Below, piece after piece: positions 53,862 to 64,000 of a stretch of 64,000 nt of DNA. This DNA comes from Balanoglossus misakiensis (taxonomy: Eukaryota; Animalia; Hemichordata): assembly GCA_040954595.2 (NCBI GenBank), contig CM082594.2, positions 10,482,296-10,546,295 on the forward strand, given 5' to 3'. A model generated the notes under the pieces. That model ran no database searches, was not told the DNA's origin, and saw nothing but the letters and a program-made list of their open reading frames with translations. A program made the position numbers and the translations under genes. Position 1 is the first letter of the stretch; each line of letters starts with the position of its first letter.

Positions 53862-56093
53862 GCCAAGGAGATACACATACACCAATATGAAGAACCAGAG
53901 CCGAGAGGTGCCATCTGGCGGCCATTTTGAATGAAGCAAGACCCAGGATGTGTGACCTTTGAACTATTGTGTGCATGTCTTTTCCCCATCAGCGGCAGTG
54001 CAACACAAAGAAAACATGATGTTTAATTGCTGACGGAACAGTGAAGTCTTGGCGATACCAAATCTGATTATATTTTGCCAAGCTTTTGTAACATCTTCAT
54101 TTCACTGCCATTTTTTGTACCAAACCAAATATTTCAAAAAAAATTGTACAGTTTGGAAAGTTTTTTTCTCTCCCCAGTATTAATATTCCGTTAAGTTCGT
54201 TAGAATTTAATTTTCAGTTGCATGTTTCTCGAAAGAGAGTGATCTCAGAAGGAAGATTAGAGATAGGAATTATTTTTCAATTGTCATCATATTTTGAACA
54301 ATTCAGTTACAAAGTCAATGACATGAACTTCAGTTTCAAAATATTCTTAATGTTAGTTGAAATGTATTAAGCAATCAATGTTACCTTCCTCTTTATTTGA
54401 TCAATGGATGCGACTTACTTATAGTGTTTAAAGAAAATTTCTTGCCACATCAAGCATCCACACTACATACTGAGTTACCGTCAGTGTTAGTTGCTGGTGC
54501 ACTGGAGTTAAGAGAGTCATGATATTCTGGAAAAGTGGATTATCTAAATGCATTTTTGCTGTTCTGTTTTTCTTGTAGTGTTGGTGCTTTCCTTTTAGGG
54601 GCAATTCTGAATGAGTGTGACTCAAACTAGAGTGACGAGGATGTTTGTTCAAATGTTCAATTGCTTCGTTTGGTAATGGAACTGAAGCAAGCAACTTTAA
54701 AGTGGGACTGCACTGGCCAAACCTATCTAGACTAACACACTGCCATTCTTCTGAACCAGCAATAACCATGGCAACACTAAATGCTGAATTTTCCTGCATA
54801 TTGTTAGAACAAAAACAGTGGTGTGCCAAATTTCCTTTTTCAAAAACTCTTCACCATTTCCATGGTTACAGCATGGTTGCATTTTTATCAATGTTTCAGT
54901 TTTAAACTTAAAAGCTATACGGAGTACTAACCCTCACTGATGGGGGGTCATCATATCTTCTTTATGACCCCCAAACCCTTTAGGAGGTCAATATTTATGT
55001 ATTGTTACCCTCCTCGTGGGCAAATATATTTATTCTCTGCATTTTGTATGTAGCCTTTTGTATTATTGCATGCTGATTTAAACAAGGTTAATGTCATTGA
55101 ATTTAACAAGGACAACATGGAGCAATAACGTTTTTCTGGTGATAATCTAAAACTTTTTTGACCTCTGGAAGAATTTTCTCACTTTCCAGCTCAGCAGATT
55201 TTCGTTTTGTACAGAAATTTGAGGCAGCAACTTTAGATGCATTAGGACCATCACTGCCAGTGTTTGTTAAAACTTCCTCCAGTGCAGTCACTAATTCTAG
55301 TGTAGTCTAGCCTTCCAATTGATTGTATGTGAATAGTAGGTCACATGTTCTGACCTTTACATGTTGCTGTTTTTTTCGCCAAAATTTAAAATGGTGCATC
55401 ACAGCTCTGCTTTTTTGAAAACAAAAAAAAATATGTTCAATGAATTTGCATTTTTTCGCAGCAGACTTTAAGAACATAGCCTTAAAAGTATTTATTCCAA
55501 AAAGTGCCTTTCAGAAGATTTTCTTCATGGAAATTTTTGTAGTCTGTAAAATGTGTTCCTAGAATTGAAATCAAATATCGTTCAGGAATCCAAGATGGCA
55601 TCTTACGTTGTCACTGTGGAAAGAAACTGGGTGAGTCAAGTGTCTTTATTGTTCTCCGAGCCCTTACCAAGTTGCCTTACTATACTGTTCTTTATCTCGG
55701 TTAAATTTGGTCTATTTCTGGTTTTTGACCAGTTTCAAGTTTTCAGAAACAGTCACAGAAATGTGTTTGTGAAGGGTCATGTTTCTCTCTCATGTTTTAT
55801 GGTCAAAGATCATCTCAGAAAGGATCAATGTTTTGAGCCAAAATCTATGAAGAACAAGCATTGGAGACTGAAAAGGTAATGAAAAGAAAAGCTTGTTTTG
55901 GAAAAAAGTCCACATTGTGACAGCTTCCGTGTTAGTGTTGGCTATAGCAATTTTGATCACTGCAGTGCCATAAAAAAGCTTTCCATGAATTTCTCCACAA
56001 AGTAAAATTTTGCTATAAAAAAAATTCATATAATTTTCTACTCTTGTTGATATTTTGTAGTTTAGTATATTTCAGACATATATTCTCCATTTC

Positions 56094-56099
56094 AATAAA
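56094..56099 (+). terminator. Probable polyadenylation signal of the ZO transcript (~2.2 kb 3' UTR)
   Basis: AATAAA followed ~55 nt later by a GT-rich tract, just before the 3' end of the convergent gene. Confidence 0.4.
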
Positions 56100-56348
56100 T
56101 AATATGTTTAAAAGATTTGGATCATGTTCATGTACATGTATCAGTGATTGTGTTGCAATGTGTGTGTGTGGTTAGTCAAATAACTTACTGCCCTTGTCAA
56201 CAAATTATTTCATTTATAGGTTTCTTTCTAATACAGAAATGTGTGAATTCTCCGGTGTAAAATTACAACCAGAACCTCACTTAACTGTGCAGTTCTGTAT
56301 ATGAAAACTTGAATGCCTTGATCATGACATTGCCCATAAAGGCAGAGG

Positions 56349-59093
56349 TTACTTCGCTATTTGGAGCTTCCTGTTCCGAACGACGCCCGCCACAACACTG
56401 CCGACGAAAACCGCGACACCAGCGAGGACCACGTAAAGCACATACAGTTTTGAACCTTGTAAGAAGAAAGAAATGAAGATATGATGTGTCTGTGTTGAAA
56501 GTTTGCAAAGAGGGAGGAAAACGGCAACTTTTCTTTTAGTATGTTTGGTATTTATGATAAGAATCACAAATTTTGTAGTCAAGTATCAGACAAAAATTGG
56601 TCACTGTTTTGTAGGTTGATGTCTGCTATGTATGAAGATATATCTTTAATAGAAGATAGAATTATATTTACTTTGCAATTTTTGAAATGTGAAAACCATA
56701 GAAAAGATGATTATCCTACCTTTGTCTACAACCACTGGTTTGGTAACTTTTGGGGAGAAAAAGAAACAAATGTTAAGTGTTGAGAGAGAAAAGATTTTGT
56801 GAAGTGGACTTTGGTTAACAACCCATAGATATATTATTACTTGTGAAAGAAAGAAATTCTGGCCTACCAACTATTCTGACAGTTGCCAGAAGTCTATTCT
56901 CGAACCAACAACTATAGAGGGCGCTGTCTGCCACCTCCAGTTCGTGGATGTGGAGAGTGTTGGTGCCGTCGATTCTCATTCGCTCTTCACTGTCAAGCTT
57001 CAAAGACTTCGCCGTCAGTGCGTCTCTGTCTTTTTCCCACAAGACTGGAACACCGACTCCACCTCTATTTAGTAAAAACGAGGAAATTGTGAGAGTTTTC
57101 TTACAGAATCTCAAAACTGGAATATTCATACTGCCTTGCATGATTTTTTTCAAGTTTGTTACCTTGGACAAATCATGGCCACTCCGCTTCCAACTTCTTC
57201 ATACACCGTTTTCCTTTCGGCTGTAATTAAATAAGAAAGCGATGCTTATACTGTTTGACACCAAACTGTGGATATACAATACAAGTTCACACGTGACAAA
57301 CTGTTGCATTCTTACCTATCTGAGGCACAGTGGGCATTCCATTGGATGCAGAGTAGACTTTATTTCTTCCCTTACCAAGTTCTGAAGCAAGAAAAGGAAC
57401 ATTAAAGGAATTACAGGATTTCAGACTTAACACAAAATAGCTGCGCAAAAAGTCAATGTCGACGAATAAATACCAGAACACGATGCTTCGCAATCTTCAA
57501 CCAGTTGTTCATCTCGACGGTATTGTTTCTGGGTATTCTGACTGGCAGCCACTGCAGCACACGGCAATCCTTTGCCATAACCGGACTTGGGGACGTTGAT
57601 GTAACACTGACCTGAACAGAAAGACAATAATTAAACACTAAAATAGTAAAATTTTGACGATTTCACGTGCTTGCATGTTCAGTCGACCCCCTCCCCTACT
57701 CAAAAATACTGTCCATTTATTCAGTGTGTGTTCTTACCTATTCTAATTCTTTCTCCAGTCTCTCCACATCGATTACAGTTACTCCAAGGACTCCATAGTG
57801 TGTATATGTGTGTTTTATTTGCTGCAATGAATACAAATAATTCATTTTTTTTATAATTATTAATGACTATTCTCGTCTGTACATCATAGTGGTTTGACTT
57901 AATTGCGAGGAAAGAAGACTAGAAAAATACTTGCCACCTCCTAGTCCTTCGTCGAAGAACGGTCTTTCTCCAAGAGAGATAAAAACTGAAAGATGAGAGA
58001 TCATTACTTTTAGCAGCTTTTCTTTTGGTTATCTACGCGATAAAAGTTTGGAAATCGTTGCGTCTGTGTAGATTTTCAATATTGCTTAAAATGTCGCTGA
58101 AAATGTGTCGCCCCTTACCTTGATGAAAATGAGGGTTTTCAACCACTGCATGGCAACACCAATGATAAAACAAGACAAAAATAATGTTAGTAACACAAAA
58201 AGCAAATATTGTAGAGGTACAGTGATTTTCGGTTTCTACTTTTCTTTCACTTTCAGCAAAAGTTATTCTGCAATTCCTCACCCGTGATATCATATGAACT
58301 GAGGTACTGACTCCCGTCTTTGCAATGATATTTTCCGGTGTTGTCAGCCGTTGCTAAGTGAATGACAAGCGTTCCATCTTCCATGATTGTCGTGTCTTCG
58401 AATTCGTCATTTGAGATTGGCATTTCCCTGGCTTGGTACTGCGATTGACGATACCATCCCAGCTCCATTAAACGGACTGGTAATGCTGACGCGTGACTTT
58501 GGAAAAATGGGATATCTGGTCAAACACATGATTCTTAGTTTATAAAAGTTAACATTTTTACCACGATATTTTTAATTTTGAAAATGAACATTTCTTCTCA
58601 CCATGGTTGACATGGCAAATGAACTTCTTGTCCGTGATAAACAGCTAAACTGTAGGTTGATTTCGTTGTATCGCAGAGCGCGTTGAAATCAATCTTCAGT
58701 GATCCGTGCAGTGCTTTTCCTTTGTCTGCCGAGGCTCGCATCACTTCGGATTTCAACGAATTGAAGACATCTCGCCTTTTGAGATCTATGGTGTCACTGC
58801 TTGCTGCATAATGGACTTGGTTTGCAATAGGCGAGGCTAAAAATAAATTGATGAAGGAATAAGGTTTTGTTGCCTGGTGTTTTATTTTTCATGTTTGATA
58901 AACTTTGATACTTTGAGTTGCCCATCATATTGAGCGCTCAGGAGAAGTTTTTATCCCAAGATGATAGGATATAAAGTAATATAAAGGAAGCGCACAACTT
59001 ACCTTCTATATTTAACGTTAACAAAGGCAAAACCTTGAACACTAAAGTGAAAAATATCAGTATTTCAGTTTTAACCGTTGGAAACATCTCCAT
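56349..59093 (-). CDS. FAM187A: Ig-like V-type domain-containing membrane protein, FAM187A-like
   Basis: Approximate exons: 59093-59003 (signal peptide MEMFPTVKTEILIFFTLVFKVLPLL), 58836-58602 (..GQEVHLPCQPC), 58496-58282 (W...DGTLVIHLATADNTGKYHC), possible microexon ~57985-57938, ~57821-57739 (WSPWSNCNRCGETGERIRIG), ~57611-57474 (CY...PC...C...C), ~57381-57316, ~57220-57163, ~57064-56867 (LWEKD...LHIHELEVADSALYSCW), microexon ~56746-56720, and ~56455-56349 (TM LYVLYVVLAGVAVFVGSVVAGVV, stop). Ig + W..W..C.RCG..GER.R.G.CY + Ig + TM is the FAM187 architecture. Confidence 0.8.
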
Positions 59094-59546
59094 ACTAAAC
59101 TACGAGTACCGTGTTTTTATTTTGAAGTTCCAAAATTGGAACATATTCTACATATTCCGTTTTCAGTTAGTTCCGAAGCAAACGCCACTTATTTATCGAT
59201 TTGGCAATACAAAAATAGATAAAATGATAATGGAACTTGCAGGAAAAGTTGCAATGCGCTCTTTATTTTGGAAAAACGATTTAATTCAGTTATATTTACA
59301 CGTCTGTCACCGTTTTAGTAGTAGTTAAAAGCTTTTAACACGTCCATCGGGTTCCATTATTATGCAAATTAGCCGAACGTACTCGGCTCTTCGACTGTTT
59401 ACGGTATTGTTGCCAAGTGATGTGTAAACCAATATGGCGGCCATTTACACAAGTTGACGCCAAGTCAGTCGTTGGGCAAAATAACCAATTTTCTTCAGTT
59501 TTTATGCATTTTGTGTACATAAGTCGTCCAATTTAGATATCCACAG
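59094..59546. promoter_or_regulatory. Bidirectional promoter between FAM187A-like and DNAH6, including the non-coding first exon of DNAH6
   Basis: Head-to-head genes. Donor CAG|gtaagt at ~59546 and acceptor at 60199. Motifs: ATGCAAAT 59362, TGTTTAC 59396, GTTGCCAAGTGAT 59409, CCAAT 59429, ATGGCGGC 59434. Confidence 0.55.
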
Positions 59547-60226
59547 GTAAGTGAAAACGACTTTTCGTCAAAGAGCGTAGCATTTAGTCGTGAATTCGAT
59601 ATGTGTGTCGTAATATCATCTTGAGCTCATTCCCAGGACATGTCTACGAAGCAAAAACACTGGTTAAAAGTTTGTTGACATCGTCAAGGAGACCCCTGTG
59701 CGCAGTTGAATCCTTATATTTCGAAACTTTTTGGTGTGCTTACACAAGTTATGCACATCTTGTGACTTTTGCATAGGCAGACATTAGGTTTGGTGTTATC
59801 AGAGCTCTTCTAAACTTGTTAATCCTATCGTATGTAGTAGAGTACTGTCTCATAAGTTTACATGTACAATTTCAATGCTTGTAACTGACATCAGTTGTGT
59901 CGATTGTGTAAGAGTCTGATGGATGCGGTGGATCAGATGTCACAAAACACTATGGTTAATTTGGCCACAGATCTGACCAGAGAACTGCGACACTCATGCT
60001 ATTGACCTAGCTACAGATCAATATTTAGCCATAACAGTAAAGCATGGAAGGTCGTATTGCCCACGGTGGAATCACTTTATCTAATTTTATCGAAATTAGT
60101 AACATAGCTAGATAATTTGTTAATTTCATTTGTGCAGTTGTCGTATTATGCATATTCCGTCATTAAAGTATTTTTTTCCCTTTTCTTTTGATATTTCAGG
60201 TGTAAGGGAAAACAGAAAAGACCAAA

Positions 60227-61711
60227 ATGGCCCAGATGAATGGGGGCATGAACCCTGTCACGCCGAGGCAGATGGTCAACGGATCCAACTCTGTCAACAA
60301 CAGCCAAGAGTTTGGTTTGCCAGGAGTTGATGAGGACAAACTGAAAAGTCGTCTGTATTCCTATGCACCACAGCAAATTTCTTTCAACAAGACAGCACTA
60401 CGTTTCAAGAGACCAACTCCCGCTCAAAGAATCACAAAGTCAAAACCAGCAGCTGCAAGGCTTGAACCACTGGTGAGTGGATGTCTCTAGTTTCAGTTGA
60501 GAGCAAGTTATGTTAGACGTTGCAAAGTCACTATGAACTTCATGCAAAATTGAACATATACCGAAGTGTTAAAGCTTGTGAAAAATCTTTCAAGAGAGCC
60601 TGAGCAATGAGGTTCGGAAAAATTAATTATATCATATTTTCCCCTCAGCCTGGTCTGGCAAAATTTCAGGAGAGAAACCAACCAGAATACATCCGCAGGA
60701 AAGCGGCTGAAGCTTTGGCACTGCAGAGACAACAGACAGACGAACCACAAGCCAAAAAGAAAAGACCTGCGTCAGTTGAACCTCTTGAGAGACCCCTTAC
60801 AGCGTCTCCATTACCTGAGCTACCAGACGACCTCAGACAGAGACAGGTGAGAGAGTAGCACTATCCCTCCCCTATATAGGTAGAGTGGGTTTGTTTGTGA
60901 ATGCAGTGTCGATAATGTTAAGTCTAAGAATCTCAATACAGTATAATAATGCTGCCACACTCACATCACACACATCTCATTCCACAGGATGCATTTAATG
61001 GCCCTGTCAAGATGAGATCTCCAACCCCTCCAAAGGAACTCAAACCAGAGTCTCCTCGCGGCCGAGTGCACACACGCGGTGCCACAATCGCCGTCCCCGC
61101 AGCTAAAGCAGCCGAGGAACTGATAGAGGAAGGGTTTGCAGATATCGAGGAGATCATCCGTGTTGTCCGTGAGAGACCCAGGCTTGGATTCTTATACATG
61201 ACACCAGGCGTTCCAAAGTCCTCCATCAAATACCATCCGTACAACCTCAAGTAAGTGATGGTTACAAAGAAATTTTTGCAGTTTCTTTTTACGAGCTAGA
61301 AGTGTTTCATTCAAAAGTGGAAGGAGGTGTTTTAGACATCGTATTCCTGAATACTGAAAACACAAACTTTGGTTTTCCACTTTCAGAATTGTATCCCACG
61401 GCAACATCAACCCACACGACTACTCAACCATCAGTCTGAAGGGAGTTACACACTTCTCCGGCGACGAGACAGATTTCACGGAACTGGACAGGTGGGAACA
61501 GGAATACAAATACTACACAAAGCTTGTGCAGATACCAACATTTCATCTGTTCCGCAAATGGAAGGCGTTCACGGTCTGGAGGAAGAACGTTCGTTCCAAG
61601 AAGATTGCAAATTGCAAGAAGCAGTTGCAAGAAAACTTATTTATCGTGAATCCGGTAAGTCTTTTCTCGGTGCCTCATTTATTTTCCACTGAATGAATGA
61701 ATAAATGATGG

Positions 61712-61762
<51 letters not shown>

Positions 61763-64000
61763 CTAATTCGTTGTACTTTTTTGTTTGTTTTCAACAGTCA
61801 CTGCGTCCAGCATTACTGAATGTGCGCGAGATGTGTTACAGAATCAGTGACATGGGTCTCTGCAAAGTGGAGAAGGGACGCACATACACTCTGGAGGACT
61901 TCAGTGATGCACAGTTTACTCAACTGACTGAGGTAAGTTTTTCACCCCCACGAAATCTGTCTATTCATACTGTCAAAACATCTTCACCATTTTAATCAAT
62001 ACATGTACTACACAAGATTGATTACTGAGAGCTTTTTTCACCACACTCTGACTCAGTTCCTAATTGTTTTCATTTTCTACTCTCAGGTCTCAGGAAGACT
62101 GTCTGAATTCAGAGATCTTGTCAAGGAAGTTGTGCGCAGTGCGTGCAGGACAGCATTACTAGAAGCTGGCTTCACTCCTGATGACTATTTCTACGATGCA
62201 GACAGCCCAGGACCAGGCATGGGTAAGGACAGTCCTACCTGTATTGGTTGCAGACCTTTATAGAAAGATTCTTTGTCTTTGATAAAATGATAAGAGAAAT
62301 ACTCTGCTATTTCTTTTTAATCACAAATTGGGTGTGTTTATTTCAGATGACATGCCACCTGGTACAGCTGGATCTAGCTACCTGATGCAGAGTAACTATG
62401 ACATGGACATCTACGGAGAAGCTCCTGATAAAATGACATACACAGAACAAGCCAATAAGAGAACACACTGCAGGAGATTAACATGGTGAGTGACCAATAT
62501 ATGCTGTGTACTCACGGACACTTCATGGCATGTTGTCTAAAGTTTGCACTAATGATTTCTGTGTCTTCATCCACATGAATAAAGTTTGTGATTTTTTTTT
62601 TTGTACAGTTTCATCCGACTGTCGGACTACCTGATTGTGAACACAATGCATGTGTTGGCTGTCAACTCTGTGTCTACACTGCTGAACTACCTGACAGAGC
62701 AGCTGCAGAACACACCCACCTTGGCACAGATACAAGGAATGGAAGACGAAGAAGCCAACAAAGATGATGATAAGGTGAGCCAGAGAAGACCACATGATCT
62801 TTTGGTGGCGCTGTGAACTCTCTGTCTGTATTTAGCTGCTTTAATAAGCAGAACCAAAATAATGTCAATATTAGCAACTTTGTCCCTTTAATGTTAGGAC
62901 TTTTCATGGGTAACACGCAGACTCTTACTCTTTTATTTGGCTCTGAACAGGCAACCACTGCTGGTGCCCCCACCACGATCGGTGCCACTTCCACCCTCGC
63001 TGGCACAACCACCGCCACTGGCGTGACTGAAGAAACTGACCACATCCTTCCTCCACTCTACCTGTCCGAGCTGCTGCTGGAACCCAACCAGCTGCTCTTC
63101 GCGCCGGACGTGGATGATTATCAGGAAGGGTTGACGGAGGTCATCAAGAGATTCCAGGATTGTGTTCTGAGCGTGGCCAATCTGGTGCCAGATATATACT
63201 TTGATGCATTCACAAGGTTTGTCACGACAGTCTCTTTGTGTTTGTTGGTTGGTTATGCATGATGTGATAAAAAAAATTCACTGTCTTCCAGGCAGTACAT
63301 GTTGAGAATTTGTCACACCAAATGTTGTTTTTACTGATTATTCTTCTTTTTTTCTATTGACAGACCAATTATCAACAACAAGTTTGAAGAGAAGTCATGT
63401 GGTGATGGCCCAAGTCTGTCAGCCATGTTTGAAGATGACAAACATCTGATGGGTATCGTACAGAACATCAGAGTAAGTCACTGCACACCCTTTCACCCCC
63501 ATTTCTCTGTGAATGGATCAATCCATGCTGCTTTTAGCATGTGAAGTACATTTGATACAAAAATGAGATCAAAAAATCACGCTGATAGCTGTCACGGTCA
63601 AGATCTGATGTGGAGTCTTACCAGACATTTTTTTTAAATTCCTCATTCTAACTTTCTATCTTTCAACCCTTCCCTCCATCCAGGATGCCATCATTGCAGC
63701 TTTCAACGCCGCCAACCAGTATGCAGACACCTTTGAATCCTACCGGGAATTCTACAGAGAGAACGAGAGTCTGGATCTGGAAGCAATCAAAGCAGAAGAA
63801 CATGGTACGTATATGGCATTTTAAAATGATTTAACCTTTCTTTACCATGGTTTAGAGTAACAGCAGCTGTTTTGTCTATTCTCTTCTAATTCCTTTTGAT
63901 GTGTTGCATTGATTCCACAGAGGTGCAGTTCTTTGCAAATTCCTTGGAGAAGTACCATGGCGAACACAAACGCGCTGAAGCCATCAAGGTCAGACGACCT
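60227..64000 (+). CDS. DNAH6: Dynein axonemal heavy chain 6, N-terminal part (continues beyond the window)
   Basis: Exons 60227-60472, 60649-60846, 60988-61250, 61387-61654, 61798-61932, 62087-62222, 62347-62485, 62609-62774, 62951-63216, 63364-63472, 63684-63804 and 63921->64000. Motifs recognised as the DNAH6 N-terminus: LGFLYMTP.VPKSSI.Y..YNLK, DRWEQEY, LFRKWKAF.VWRKNVRSKKI, NLFIVNPSLRPALL, MTYTEQANKR.HC.RLT.FIRL.DY, YFDAFTRP.IN.K.EEK.CG.GPSL. Confidence 0.92.
61705..61762. repeat. (ATG)n intronic microsatellite
   Basis: About 19 ATG units inside a DNAH6 intron; it produces the spurious poly-Met ORF. Confidence 0.95.

Noticed and set aside
61705-61797. Poly-Met N-terminus of a 96-aa ORF
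   Set aside because: Intronic (ATG)n microsatellite upstream of the DNAH6 acceptor at 61797.

Overview
Eukaryotic animal genomic DNA with AT-rich introns and GT-AG splicing. Gene content suggests an invertebrate bilaterian, possibly a non-vertebrate deuterostome (inference). From left to right: the large last coding exon of an ENTREP/FAM189-family gene (+); a 5-exon WSCD-type sulfotransferase lacking WSC domains (-); a tandem cluster of three related small secreted-protein genes that I do not recognise (-; two intact, one rearranged); a ~40 kb ZO-1/TJP gene (+; PDZ1-3, SH3, GUK, ZU5); a FAM187A-like Ig-domain membrane protein (-); and the 5' part of DNAH6 (+), head-to-head with FAM187A. The most notable feature is that the ZO-1 frame can be spliced in phase to upstream exons encoding a CARD domain and a DLG5/CARMA-like coiled coil. 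Three more phase-compatible alternative first exons could give CARD-less isoforms. Also present are several MITEs, a decayed Penelope-like element with a hammerhead-like core, and microsatellites. All exon models were built by hand from splice signals and frame continuity. Family assignments are from remembered motifs, not database searches.
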